Shown one piece after another: positions 8,449 to 20,300 of a stretch of 44,489 nt of DNA; within the stretch, counting starts at the first letter, position 1, and each line of letters opens with the position of its first letter. The stretch spans positions 64,001 through 108,489 of IMG/VR virus record IMGVR_UViG_3300031992_000041. The stretch is one strand, 5' to 3'. This DNA comes from a virus. Taxonomy: Duplodnaviria > Heunggongvirae > Uroviricota > Caudoviricetes. A program made the position numbers and the translations under genes. The notes under the pieces are model-generated. The model was not told the origin of the DNA, did no database searches, and saw only the letters and a program-made list of their open reading frames with translations.

Positions 8449-10345
8449 CCCGAACGTGAGCAGCGACCTGCTGGAAGCCCGTATGCTACCCAACGTGGAA
8501 GACCCTGATCCGGAATCAGAGTCGGAGGGCGGTTACATGGACTACCAGGGCGACGGGCGCTTCAAGGTGTATATGGCCCCGTGGCAGAAGAAGGTGCGCA
8601 ACTTCGGCTCGCGCTCCACAAAGGTGTTGGCAGGGCGCGCGACGGGTAAGTCGGCATTCCTTGCCTTCAATATGGCGGATGTCACCATCGGACTGCCAAG
8701 GATGATGGGCGGCTTCTGCGGTGCCAGTGCCAAGCAGAACTACACCCGTACCATGCCCAACGTACTGAAGGTGATGAACCTCCTGGGCTTTGCAGAGGGT
8801 TTCATTTATTTCCTCGGTCGGCCGCCCGCCAGGTTGCGATGGCCTATGCCGCTGGCAAAGCCCCGTGTGTGGGAGAACTGCGTCAGTTTTGCCAACGGGT
8901 TTGTCTGGCAACAAATATCACTTGCTGTCAAGGGTAGTGCTAACGGCTTGAACCTTGCTGCCCTGATGGGTGACGAGACCAAGTATATGCCGTGGCAGCG
9001 CGTGAAAGAAGAAGTACTGCCTACACTGCGTGGTGACTTCATGCCGCCGTCTGCACGTAGAGTGGAAAAACGGGAGTGGGGCAGGGGTACAGACCCCAAG
9101 GTGAACAACCACTGGCTCTCTCAGCTCTGGGTGAGCGATGCCGGACTGAACGCCCGCGAATGCCAGTGGGAGAAGGAGGCCGAGTTTGAGACCCACGAGG
9201 TCAACGAGAAGATCAAGGTGATGATGGCAGAACTCCGCTATCTGGAGAAGCACCATCCAAAACAGGCTGCGCTGCTTGCCAAGAACGACAGTTTTCTGAA
9301 AGAACTGTACGCCCTGCGCACTCAGTCTGAGACCTTCTGGCGTTTTAGCAGCATCGAGAATGCGGCACTCTTAGGAGGTGAGGCGTGGATTCGCCAGATG
9401 AAGAGGGAATTACCCGACCTGCTCTTCCGTCTGCAGATTCTGGGACAGCCCCGTGGCAATGCGCGCGAGGGCTTCTATTGTAACTTCTCTGAGTTGAACA
9501 CCTACGTCAGCGAGGAAATCACGGACTTGGTTTTCGACAAATACAGTACACGCATCAAGGGTAAGGCTCTTGACGTGCAGCGGTGGCCGACGGAATATGA
9601 GAGCGAGTCGCTGGACTGGGACCAGATGCAGCAGGACGGCGAGGACTGCTCGCTCGACCTCGACCTGGACTATCAGGAGCCGCTGCGCATAGCGCTTGAC
9701 GCCAACTCGGACATCAACTGCTTTGTGGTCGGCCAGACGCGCATACATCAGGGCCGTGCGGCGGTGATGGTGATGAAGGAGTTCTTTGTGCAGGGTGAGG
9801 TACGCCTGCGCGGACTGTCAAGGCTCTTCGCCCAGTACTACCGCCCGTTCCTGCGCCGTGGCTGCAAGGAGGTTATCTTCTACGTGGCCAGCAGCATCAA
9901 GCAGGGAGCCAGCAAGGCGTATGCCCTGGAGGAGTCTGAGCAGAGCCGTTTCGACATCGTAGTGGCCGACGAACTGACCAGTTTCGGCTTTAAGGTGACA
10001 CGTGCGGAGTTCACGTCATGGCGGCATGAGCGCAAGTACCAGTATATCAACGACTGCTTTGCAGGTGCTGCATCGCCCTCGATATTCATCAACCGCGAGG
10101 CAAACCGCTGTGTCTATCTCCGTGCGGCTATCGAGAACTGCGCCATCGTCCCAGGCACGTTCCGCAAATACAAGGATGCGGAGAAACTACGCTCGGAAGA
10201 CGGCATAGGAGGCGATAAGCGTGAGCGCGCCACGATAACCGACGCTTTCGACGACTTGATATTAGGGATCAAGGAATGTGCTGAGGGGAAGCCGAAGATC
10301 GGCGGCGGGCTGCGCGGGCGGTTCTCCAACCTGAGGACACAATGA
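8429..10345 (+). CDS. terL: Terminase large subunit
   Basis: Walker A GRATGKS, Walker B MGDETKY, nuclease acidic residues LDANSD and TDAFDD; upstream of portal. Confidence 0.85.
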   Translation: MSRIGSNPNVSSDLLEARMLPNVEDPDPESESEGGYMDYQGDGRFKVYMAPWQKKVRNFGSRSTKVLAGRATGKSAFLAFNMADVTIGLPRMMGGFCGASAKQNYTRTMPNVLKVMNLLGFAEGFIYFLGRPPARLRWPMPLAKPRVWENCVSFANGFVWQQISLAVKGSANGLNLAALMGDETKYMPWQRVKEEVLPTLRGDFMPPSARRVEKREWGRGTDPKVNNHWLSQLWVSDAGLNARECQWEKEAEFETHEVNEKIKVMMAELRYLEKHHPKQAALLAKNDSFLKELYALRTQSETFWRFSSIENAALLGGEAWIRQMKRELPDLLFRLQILGQPRGNAREGFYCNFSELNTYVSEEITDLVFDKYSTRIKGKALDVQRWPTEYESESLDWDQMQQDGEDCSLDLDLDYQEPLRIALDANSDINCFVVGQTRIHQGRAAVMVMKEFFVQGEVRLRGLSRLFAQYYRPFLRRGCKEVIFYVASSIKQGASKAYALEESEQSRFDIVVADELTSFGFKVTRAEFTSWRHERKYQYINDCFAGAASPSIFINREANRCVYLRAAIENCAIVPGTFRKYKDAEKLRSEDGIGGDKRERATITDAFDDLILGIKECAEGKPKIGGGLRGRFSNLRTQ

Positions 10346-10572
10346 AAAAGCGAGGGACAAGCCTTACGGCCTGCCCCTCTATTGAATCTCTCGGACGGCT
10401 ATTTGCCTATTCGTCCCGATCTTGTCGGTGTTTGTTTAATGTCGGATGCACAAGCGCTGTCTTCAGAGTCCGACGCGAAGACCCCACCTTTAAGGACTTT
10501 CGGGAACACCGCCACTGTTCGTGGTGCCTTATTTCCAGTGCAAAGGTACGGAGAATTTCCGAATCCACCAAA
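10345..10572 (-). ncRNA. Candidate small RNA of about 190 nt with its own promoter and terminator
   Basis: Minus-strand TTTG (10572-10569), 20 bp, TACCTTTG (10548-10541); hairpin 10352-10379 followed by a U-tract on the minus strand; no ATG-initiated ORF between them. Confidence 0.5.
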
Positions 10573-10618
10573 CTTTTCGGCGATTATTTTTACTACCAAC
10601 GTCCTTCCAGGCCTCGCA

Positions 10619-10653
10619 TGCCCTTGTCTTTCTGACAGGACGTTAATATCTTT
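10619..10653 (+). promoter_or_regulatory. Element-specific promoter motif, copy 2
   Basis: TGCCCTTGTC-N18-TATCTTT just upstream of ATG 10661. Confidence 0.6.
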
Positions 10654-10660
10654 CCAGCGG

Positions 10661-11359
10661 ATGATACAACTCGACACGATACGCAACTGCGACTGTCTGG
10701 AGGGGATGAGAGCCCTGCCGGACGGCTGCGTCGACCTGTGCGTGATGGATCCGCCGTACCAGTTCAAGGCGACGACTGGCGGCGGGGCGTTCGGCTCGCT
10801 GAAGGACGGCGGGAAGGGTAGGGCATACCATGCCGAGTTGTTCCCGATGTCGCAGGGCTTTGCCACCGATGTGCTCGACGAGGTGTGCCGCCTCTGCAGG
10901 ATCCCGAACCTATACGTGTTCTGCAACAAGGACCTGCTGCCGCAGTTGCTCGACTATGCGGTCGCACGCAGGCTGAACTTCGACCTGCTGACGTGGCACA
11001 AGACGAATCCAACGCCGACGTGCTCGAACAAGTACCTGAGCGACACGGAGTACATCGTGTTCATGCGGGGCAAGGGCGCACGGGTGTATGGTACGTATGA
11101 GACGAAGCGCAAGTACTGGCTGCAGCCGACGAACACCGACGACAAGAAGCGGTGGGAGCATCCGACCATCAAGCCGCTGAACATCGTCCGCCAACTGATA
11201 GTGAACAGCAGCCAGACGGGGGGGGTAATTTTAGACCCGTTCATGGGCAGCGGCACGACGGCCGTCGCCGCCCTGCAGGAAGGCAGGCGCTACATCGGCT
11301 TCGAGTTGGATAAGACGTATTACGAAAAGGCGCAGGAAAGAATATCGCTGACTGTATGA
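10661..11359 (+). CDS. DNA methyltransferase (N6A/N4C, beta class), solitary
   Basis: DPPY before ILDPFMGSGTT; start at MIQLDTIRNCDCLEGM; no restriction nuclease adjacent. Confidence 0.93.
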   Translation: MIQLDTIRNCDCLEGMRALPDGCVDLCVMDPPYQFKATTGGGAFGSLKDGGKGRAYHAELFPMSQGFATDVLDEVCRLCRIPNLYVFCNKDLLPQLLDYAVARRLNFDLLTWHKTNPTPTCSNKYLSDTEYIVFMRGKGARVYGTYETKRKYWLQPTNTDDKKRWEHPTIKPLNIVRQLIVNSSQTGGVILDPFMGSGTTAVAALQEGRRYIGFELDKTYYEKAQERISLTV

Positions 11360-11388
11360 CGGTATGCCGCGAGGGATGTTTGCCTTTC

Positions 11389-11422
11389 GCCCTTGACCGC
11401 GCACGTGTGAAACGCTATCTTT
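11389..11422 (+). promoter_or_regulatory. Element-specific promoter motif, copy 3
   Basis: GCCCTTGAC-N18-TATCTTT upstream of portal. Confidence 0.65.
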
Positions 11423-11450
11423 CTGACAGATTATCAACACGAAGACATCT

Positions 11451-13286
11451 ATGGGAAAGAAAGGAAAGAATAGCGGCAAAGGTGGCAGCGGGATAACCAT
11501 CCACAGGCCGAAGACGGAGAAGGAGTTCCGCGAACTGCACAACTCGCTGCTGGCGAAAAGGTACATGGCCATCGACATGCTGAAGCCGGGGCGCGTGAAA
11601 GACATCTCGCTGGCGCTCGGCGACGCTGCCAACGCCGAAGCCAAGGACATGGCGGCTGACATGGGCTGCGGTGCATGGAGCAGCGGCCCGCTGTCGAGGG
11701 TGGCCTGGTCGTTCGACGGGCGAGACAACACCGTGCAGAGCGTGTCAGGCCCCGACGGCAATCCTCTGGGATTGGGCTACGTGAAGTGGGGCGCTGCGAA
11801 CAACATCCCGTCGGTCATCCCCGCACTGGCATGGTCGAGCCCCTACACGGCTGCGCCCCTGCGCTATATCGCCGACCTGATATCGGGTCTCGGCGTAAGG
11901 CTGATGTACCGATTCCCCGACGGGGAACTGGTGCCTTACAAAGATGCCGGAGAGCGGCTGCGCGACAGGGTGGACGAACTGGAGGAGAAGGAGGCACCGA
12001 CGCTTGACGAGACGCTCGGCCTGACTGATGGCGTGGTGACGGGCGAACCGGACAGGAAGCCAGGCAAGGAGAGCAACGCCCTGAAGCGTGCCCGCGAGGC
12101 ACTGCAGGCATGGGAGCGCGTCTGGTACGGCGAGGACGAGCCCGACAGCCCGGAGGAGGGCGAAGGGAAGGAGCCGACCTATACGCACATCCCGGGCGCC
12201 AAGGAGTTCCTGGAGGACAACAACCTCGACCTGCACCTGTCGCAGTGCATGCAGGACCACACCTGTCTGGACATCCATTTCCCGACGGTGGGACTGCAGC
12301 GCGGGCGCAAGGGTAAGTGGAACCCCAGGGTGGTGCAGGTGGGCATGCTGCCCAGCCACAGCACACGCCTGGAGAAGATGAACGAGAACCGGCACATCAA
12401 CCACTGCTACTTCAGCGACCAGTGGCGCACGCTCGGCATCGGCGGCACAAGGACCGTCGGCACCGCCGAGACGCTGAAGGTGAAGATGTACGACGCCGTC
12501 ATGCCGCAGCACCTGCTCTCCGACCTTCGATACATCGTGGACTCAAACCAGAAGACACGCATCAAGAACCGTCCGACGTGGGTGGTCTGCCCGACGTTCT
12601 ACCCGTCGCTCAACAAGACTTACTACCCCCAGCCAGCCTGGTGGAGCGTCTTCACCTCGAAGGCCTTCGACTTCTCGGCCACCATCCTGTACGACAAGTA
12701 CAAGGCGCGCGAGAACTCCACGTCGTGGGGCAAGATCATCTATATCTCACTGGACTACCTCGACATGGTGTGCCACGACATGGGCATCGCCGGCGACAAG
12801 GACAAGATAGACAAGTACATCGACAACCTCGACCAGAGCATCGAGGACTTCCTGCAGCAGCGCGAGAACAACGGCAAGATGATGCGGCAGTTCATGTGGG
12901 AGGGCAAGGACGGCAAGCAGCAGAAGAACGTGGAGGTGGTCGATGTCGTAGAGACCGTCAGGGAGGCTGCGCAGGCCGGCAAGGACGAACTGGAACTGGC
13001 CACCTCGCCGATATTCCTGGCACTGGGCATCGACCCGCGACTCGTGGGCGTGCCGATGGTGAAGACCAGCAACGGCGGCACTGCCGTGCGCGAACTGCAC
13101 CTGCTGAAGCAGCAGCAACTGAACATCCACCAGCGGCTGTACCTGAACTTCCTGAACACGGCCGTCTGCGCCTTCAACGGATGGACCGAAGGCAATGCCG
13201 AGTTCCACATCGTGCAGCAGACGCTCACCACGCTCGACAACTCAAAGACCGGCACCGTGGAGACAATCGCCGGCGAGGAGGCATGA
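11451..13286 (+). CDS. Portal protein
   Basis: 611 aa after terminase; YVKWGAANNIP, YYPQPAWWSV and C-terminal GIDPRLVG..GGTAVREL resemble Bacteroidetes phage portals. Confidence 0.7.
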   Translation: MGKKGKNSGKGGSGITIHRPKTEKEFRELHNSLLAKRYMAIDMLKPGRVKDISLALGDAANAEAKDMAADMGCGAWSSGPLSRVAWSFDGRDNTVQSVSGPDGNPLGLGYVKWGAANNIPSVIPALAWSSPYTAAPLRYIADLISGLGVRLMYRFPDGELVPYKDAGERLRDRVDELEEKEAPTLDETLGLTDGVVTGEPDRKPGKESNALKRAREALQAWERVWYGEDEPDSPEEGEGKEPTYTHIPGAKEFLEDNNLDLHLSQCMQDHTCLDIHFPTVGLQRGRKGKWNPRVVQVGMLPSHSTRLEKMNENRHINHCYFSDQWRTLGIGGTRTVGTAETLKVKMYDAVMPQHLLSDLRYIVDSNQKTRIKNRPTWVVCPTFYPSLNKTYYPQPAWWSVFTSKAFDFSATILYDKYKARENSTSWGKIIYISLDYLDMVCHDMGIAGDKDKIDKYIDNLDQSIEDFLQQRENNGKMMRQFMWEGKDGKQQKNVEVVDVVETVREAAQAGKDELELATSPIFLALGIDPRLVGVPMVKTSNGGTAVRELHLLKQQQLNIHQRLYLNFLNTAVCAFNGWTEGNAEFHIVQQTLTTLDNSKTGTVETIAGEEA

Positions 13287-13305
13287 ACCAAAAGACGACA
13301 GACAC

Positions 13306-13785
13306 ATGGACTTACTCAACAGGATATTCCGGCGCAGGCAGGAGCAGGAGCCACAGCCACTCAGGGTTGAGGGCGTAGCCGCCGCGCCGATGACGGCAGA
13401 GCCCGACGATGCCGAACTGGCGGCCCAGGCACTGCTGGAGAGGATGGCCCGCAAGGGTGAGAAGGAGGCACAGGCACAGGCCGAGCCTGAGAGGAACACA
13501 AAGGAGTACTACCGGACGCTGGTTGAGCGCATGCGCCTGGCGCGTGCCGCTTCGGCACTGCGCACCACGCGCTTCGTGGCCTTCTGCGAACAGGAGTTGC
13601 AGAAGCCCGACATCCCCGTCAGCGGCCCCGGGTCGCTCACCCTGCTCGAAGCCGAACTCTACAAGCGCATCGACACCATCGAGCGCGAGGGCGGAGAACT
13701 GAAGCGCCGATGGCAGCACTGCCTGGCCGAGGTGACGGTCAGGCTGATGAACGTAACGAATGACAGCAAAGAAGGAAATGGCTAA
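13306..13785 (+). CDS. Hypothetical protein
   Basis: Track ORF 13195-13785 with start reassigned to MDLLNRIFRR to avoid overlap with portal. Confidence 0.65.
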   Translation: MDLLNRIFRRRQEQEPQPLRVEGVAAAPMTAEPDDAELAAQALLERMARKGEKEAQAQAEPERNTKEYYRTLVERMRLARAASALRTTRFVAFCEQELQKPDIPVSGPGSLTLLEAELYKRIDTIEREGGELKRRWQHCLAEVTVRLMNVTNDSKEGNG

Positions 13786-14305
13786 CGAGAGATTCAGGGA
13801 AAAAGATCCGTATGCCGATCAGATACTGGCTACGAAGTTCGACTGGAGGGACGAGCAGGTGATGCAGTTAATCCGGCGCTTCATCATGCACGGAAAGACT
13901 GATGCAAAGAGGAACGTCAAGCGACTGTCGGCCATCAAGAGCGGGAAACTGATACGCTCGATAGCCTGGAAGGCGTGGAGCGACTCCGGCGGCGATGCGG
14001 AGGTGTTTCAGGAGACCTACATGAAATACGGCCAGTTCGTCGAACTTGCCGTCGGAAAGAACAACCCCTACACTCCCATCGACCCGATTATGCAGCGGGC
14101 ATGGAAGCCTATACCAGTCCGTGGGCGAAAGCGCAGGGCAAAACCGCACTCCACCGCCGAGATGCGAAAACAAGCAAAGCGGTTTGAACGGCTGCTGGTC
14201 GATCACTTCTCGTTCATGGGCCTGGGCTTCATGACATACGCCGCTGGTGCCAACCGCGAGAACGCCGAGGAGATTAACCGCCTGATGATGGCCCGCAGGA
14301 GATAG
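13778..14305 (+). CDS. Neck/tail-completion-like protein (HK97 gp10-like)
   Basis: Basic; SGKLIRSI and YGQFVELAVG motifs; precedes the tape measure gene. Confidence 0.45.
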   Translation: MANERFREKDPYADQILATKFDWRDEQVMQLIRRFIMHGKTDAKRNVKRLSAIKSGKLIRSIAWKAWSDSGGDAEVFQETYMKYGQFVELAVGKNNPYTPIDPIMQRAWKPIPVRGRKRRAKPHSTAEMRKQAKRFERLLVDHFSFMGLGFMTYAAGANRENAEEINRLMMARRR

Positions 14306-14337
14306 CGCAGCAAACACAAAAAAACAAACATACGAAC

Positions 14338-17300
14338 ATGAGCAACAAGATAACTTTAGCAACCATCCAGTTCCGCGCCGACGCAAAGGGGGCCAATGCC
14401 GCTCTCGAATCGCTGCGCCAGAGTTCAAAGGACGCTCACGACGAGGCCGAACGTATGCGTGAGGCTCTTGACAAAGGCATCAAGACGATGAAGGATGCCA
14501 ACGGAGTGGACTTCGACGTTGCTAGGAAGTTCAGCGAGATGACCAAGCAGGCTAAGAATTTCGACCAGGCCATCCGTGAACTCGTCAAGGGAGCCACCGC
14601 CCTTGAGACGGTGGTAAAGAACATCCGCCTTGGCGAGATAGAGGCAAGCAGCCGTGCAGAACTGAAGGGCGCCATCAATGCCGCCGAAGCCCGCAAGCGC
14701 TCCGTGAGAGAGACCGACCCGGAGGACTTGCAGCAGCAGCGCGAACTGAACATCGTCATCGAGGAAAGCCGCAAGCAGTTGAATAACCTCGACCGCGACA
14801 CGCAGAAGGTCATCGAGACGCTCGACAGAGGCGGCACGATAGCGCAGTCCGTACTCGACAAGGAGATGAAGGGGCTGCGTGAGATCCTCACCATGATACC
14901 CAAGGGCACCGACGAATGGAACAAGTACAACCAGCAGCTGCAGCAGATGGAGACCCACGTGACCAACATCCGCCGGCAGGAGCGTGAGCAGGCAAGCGCC
15001 CTGCTGGGCAGCAAGGACCTCGGACAATACAGCGAGGAGGACATCCGCGCCGCCATCACCAATGCCAAGGAGCTGCTGGCAACCTACAAGACCGCCTCGC
15101 CGGAGGCAAAGCAACTGGCCGACAACATCGTCCGTGCCGAACAGTTCCTGAAGGGCTACGGCGTCGAAGCAGCCAGGCAGGCAGCCCGCGAGGCTGAGCA
15201 ACTGCGCTTGGAGAAGGAACTGGCGACGACGATGAACAAGCGCCTGCGCGACCTGAAGAATCTCTCGGCCGACGCGCTGGAAGAGACGCGCCGCTACTGG
15301 GAGGCGCAGCGCAACGGGGCGGCAGAGGGCACGACCGAGTTCAACAAGGCAGAGGCGGCCCTGAAGAAGATCGACGGCTACACCCGCAGCAGCCGACGCG
15401 CAGAGCTGACGTCTATCCTTGGCGATCCCAGCAAGTTCGGCGTGTCTGAGGTGAAAGCCGCCGTTCAGGAGGCGGAGAAACTGCGCGACTCCGTACAGAA
15501 AGGCATCCCCGTCTGGTTCCAGTACAACAAGATGGTGGAGCAGGGTAGGGCTTACCTTGACCAGATGGCCAAGAGCGAAGCTGCCGAGCGCATCAACCAA
15601 CAGATGAAGAACCTAAACACCACCCTGTCTGACGCCGGCTTGCAGGAGGTGAAGAAATACTGGGAGACGATGGTGGCCGGAGCCGAGAAGGGCAGCCGGG
15701 AACTGGCCGACTACGAGGCAAAGCTAAAGGAGGTGATTGCAGAGGAGCAGAGCCGCAAGACTGCTGCACAGCAGCGGAGCATTGATCTGTTTGCAAGCAG
15801 GGACCTTGGCGGCTATAGCGAGAAGGAAATACGTGAGGCCATAGAGGCGGGAAAGCAGCTTATCCAGACTTATAACACGGCCGACCCTGCAGCCAAACGG
15901 CTGGCGGAGAATATCGTCCGTGCCGAGGAACACCTGAAGCAGTACGGCGTGGAGGCGGAGCGTACCGCCGCGCGTGAACAGAAAACCGTAGAAGAAGCTG
16001 CCAAAAAGCGAGAGGAATCGCATCAGGCTATGGAAGAGCAGTTGCGGCGCGGCACAGGTCTTACACAGTCAGCACTACGAGCACAGGAGCAATACTGGCA
16101 GCGTATGGCAGACGACCCGAAAGCGGCAAGCAACGAAATTGCCCGATACTTCGAGAACCTGAACAAAGTCCGCGCTCTTCAAAAGGAGCAGGAGGCAGAC
16201 TTGGTAAAAGGTCAGGGTATTTCCGCTTTGCAGTTCTTCCGTGGTGACACCAGCAATGCCAGTGCCGACCAAATCATGGAAAATGCCAAGGCACTGAAAG
16301 CCTACCGTAACTCACTCCCGCAGAAGGATCAGGCCAACCTGATTATAGAGATTGACGGCTATCTGGCAAAGTCAGGACAGGTCGCCAAGGAAGCCACCGG
16401 CGAACTGATGAACCTTGGCGAAGCGCTGGAAATGGCGGGCAAGGCCGGCAAGGACGGTTTCTCTGCTACGGAAGACGAGATCAAGAAGGCCATTGCCTCC
16501 ATTGAGAAGGCGATAGAGATTGACCGCGAGCTGGTCAAGCAGCATCGCCGTGCGGGTAATACTCAGATGGCTGAGTACAACGAAGAGGAGATAAAGGAAT
16601 ATGAGAAGGCGCTCAAGGGTCTTAATCTCGAACTCAAGAATGTCGGCATTTCGCACGAGCGGATGCAGAAGATCCTGGATAATCCCATCAACGCCGACAA
16701 CCTCGACGAACTCCGTGCCGCCATCAAACGCGCCAAGGCGGAGCTTAACAGCATGGACGGCGCACTGGGCGAGAACCGCAAACAGTACGACGAAATGGCA
16801 AAGTCGGTGAAACAGGCCGAACAGCAACTGAAGGTCATGGAGGGTCAGGCAAGGGGTACGGCCAGCGCTTTCGAGAAGGCATGGAGCCGCTTGAAGACCT
16901 ACGTCGGCCTTTACGTCGGTGCGAGCGTTGCCATGAACAAACTCGTGGGAACGATGGGCGACCTGATGGACCTGTCGGACAAGATGGGTGAGGTGCGCAA
17001 GACCACGGGCTTCACTGCCGACGAGGTAGGACGGCTGTCGGGAGAGCTGAAGAAGATGGATACGCGTACAACGCTAAACGGGCTTCTCGATTTGAGTGTT
17101 GCCGCCGGACAGCTGGGCCTGAAGACTGAGGAGGATGTGCTGGGATTCACGGAAGCCGCCAACAAGCTGATGGTGGCATTGCCCGAAATGGGTAAGGAGG
17201 GTGCCACGGAGATGCTGAAGGTGGCACTGGCCACGGGCGAGATAGACAAGATACGCAAGCAGATGGAGCAGGGACTCATCGACGGCTCCAGTGCCACGGC

Positions 17301-20300
17301 TGTGGCCATGGAGAAGGTAGGTTCTACCATCGACCGCCTGCGTGCCACCAGCGCCGCTACTGCCCCCGCCATCACCGACTTCGTGAAGCGCGTCGGTGCC
17401 GTCGGTGCCCAGAGCGGCATCACCATCGACCAGGTGGCCGCCCTCGGCTCAACCGTCGATGCCCTCGGTATGCGCGTTGAGATGTCGGCTACTGCCCTTT
17501 CGCGAATGATTCCCGCCATAAAGAACAACGCCTTTGCTCTGGCACAGGCCATCGGCGTGCCACCAGAGACCATCCGCGACCTGTTCGACACAGGGCGAGG
17601 CATGGAGGTGATCCTTATGGTGCTGCAGCGCATCAAGGACAGCGGCATGGATGCCGACTCGATAGAGCAGATGCTTGGCATGGCCGGCATGAAGGACATC
17701 ATGAAGGACTTGAACCAGCAGGGAGCCCGTGCGGGCATCGTGTTCGCCGGCCTGTCACAGAATGTGGACACCCTGCGCCAGCATCTTGTCACCGCCAACG
17801 AGGCTTACGAGGAGAATGTAGCCATACAGAAGGAGTATGACAAGATGAACGAGACCACCGCCGCCAAGTGGGAGCGCCTGAAGAACCAGTTGGAGGAAGC
17901 CTTTGTCGGCGACTCCTCGCAGCGGTTCCTCGGCGGCATCATAGATTTCCTGCGAACGATTGTTGACCTGCTGACAGGCAGTAACGGCATAAGTGTTGCA
18001 ATTCGTACAATCCTCTTATATATCGGACTGGTAAGGCTACAGTTGATAAGCATCGCCACAGGAGCCTTGAAGGGTATCGGAACGGGGCTGCGTAACATCG
18101 GTGTCATGCTCGGCTTTATCAAGGGCGAGATGACGAAGCTGCAGTGGGGCAACATCTTCACCGCCGCCGCCGGTGCCGTGCTGTATCTTGTGATGGCGCT
18201 GAAGGACGCGGCATCAGCCATGTCGGCGGTGTCGAAGGCGATAGCCCAGTTGGAGGAAGACCTTAGGAAGGAGACAAGGACGCTCAGCGAACTGTTCCAT
18301 ACGGTCAGCAAGACCAATGTGGAACTGGAGAAGTCGAGACGAAGGCTGGAAGAGGTGAAGGAGGCTGGCGGGGATGCCGCCAATGCGGAGAACAAGTTGA
18401 AGAAGGCCAGTGCCGACCATGCCGCCGCCATCAGGGAAATAAACTCGAAGTACGGCAGTTATCTCGGCTACATGCTGAGCGAGACGAGCAGCGCAGAGCA
18501 ACTGGCAAGGGCCCGTGAACTGATCAACTCCAAACTGCGCGAAACCATCACCCTGAAACAGAGGGAGGCGGCCCTTGGAGGCATTGAGCAGGAGTTCGGC
18601 GGGAAGGTGAACAAGAAGGCCGCAAGCGTAGAAAGTACCTTGCAGATGTTCTTCGGAAAAGATTATGATGCAGCCGCCCGCGTGTCTGTAGCCATCTCGG
18701 AGGCGGCACAGAAATACGCCAAGGACAGCAAGGAGTACCAGAAGGCTGTAAAGAAGATCCTTGCCGACAATAAAATGAAGGAAGTATCTGAAGGCTATAT
18801 GGAACAGTTTGAGGACTACCGAAAGGCCATTGAGGAATATAAAACCCAAGAGGAAATCGTCAACCGCCGTTTTGTAGCACAGGTAAACGCGTCACGCAAA
18901 GATTCCCGTGAAAAGGCTGTTGCGTCGCTCAATGCTATACAGAAGGACTGGCAGGAACTTGTCACGAAATACCAGAAGGCAGAGGGTGAGGAAAAAGAGA
19001 AACTGGCAGTAGAGGTCTATAAGCAGCAACGCAACTATGCCAACAGTCTTGCCAACAACGCCGACTACTTCGACAACGACAAGCGCAAGGATGTCTTTGA
19101 CAAGAATGTGAAGAACATGGCCACCTACGAGAAAGGCCTGCGCTCCGTGGCCGGAGAGGCCATCCGCACCGTTGACGCGATGGAGCGCGCAGAGACAAAA
19201 ATAACCAACACCGACTTCACCAACGGCGGCAACAGCGCCAAGAACCCGTGGGGCGCCGCCCTCGGAGGAGAGAGCACCGACTGGAAGAACATGACCGCCG
19301 AGCAACTTGTCAATCGCCGTCAGCAGATGAACAAGTTCGTGAACGCCATCCAGACGGACACCGACGTGCAGAGCGTGCTGAAGGAGGACGCTGCGCTGAA
19401 GAAGGCCATCGAGAAGGGCATGTCGAGCGACATGCGCACCGTCATCGAGTGGTACAACACGGAGCGCCTGAAGATACAGGACGAACTGCACGCCCGCCAC
19501 CTGACGAACACGGGCGACTGGCTGGACCCGAAGAAGGAGAGGGCCAGGAAAAAGCGACTCCAGGAGGAGTGGAAATACTATCTGGACGAACTGGACGCCT
19601 ACTACACCGAGCGGAAGAGCCGCATACAGGAGGCAGGCAACGAGGAGGGCGTCACGCAGGGCGAGGTGCAGAGCCGCACGCTTGCCAACGAGGCGGAGTG
19701 GCACCAGCGCCGTGCCGAGTTGCAGGCACTCTACGCAGACAAGAGCGTGGAAGTGACGCAGCAGGAGCAGGACGCCATCTACAGCATCATAGCCGAGCGC
19801 ACGGGCGACGACGCAGACTTCGTGATGAAGACCATCGGCAAGACGGTAGGCTTCATGAAGAAGATCGGCGAGAAGAGCCCTACGGAATACAGGAAGGCCC
19901 TTGGCATACTGGACAAGGGCATGGAGAAGGACTTCCTCCAGCAGCAGCAGGCCATCGCCAGGCAGATGCAGGCCATACAGGACATCATCGACAAGGAGCG
20001 ACCGTTCAACGGCATCACGAAGAACCTGCGCGAGAACCTTGCGACGATGGGCATCCTGACGGCCGACATGGCCAGGGAGCGCGACAGGCTGATGGCTGCC
20101 GGAGAAGACATGGCCGACTTCAACGCCCGTCAGGCGGCGGAGGAGGTCAGGCGCACGGCCTTCATGCTGGGCGAGGCGGAGAACGCCTACTCGGCGACCG
20201 TCGAGGACGTGATGCGCCGCATGGCCGACAAGGGTATGACCGCCTGGGCGGACGAACTGCGCCGGAACCCGAAGATGCAGGAGGGCCTGATGGCTCAACT

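Noticed and set aside
10440-10520. Hammerhead ribozyme (CUGAAGA and GAAA present on the minus strand)
   Set aside because: Stems I-III cannot be formed around the core motifs in the required order
10382-10660. 325-aa version of the methyltransferase and 298-aa version of ParA (to 4846)
   Set aside because: The extensions cross promoters and non-coding elements; the downstream ATGs (10661, 4783) fit motif and promoter positions
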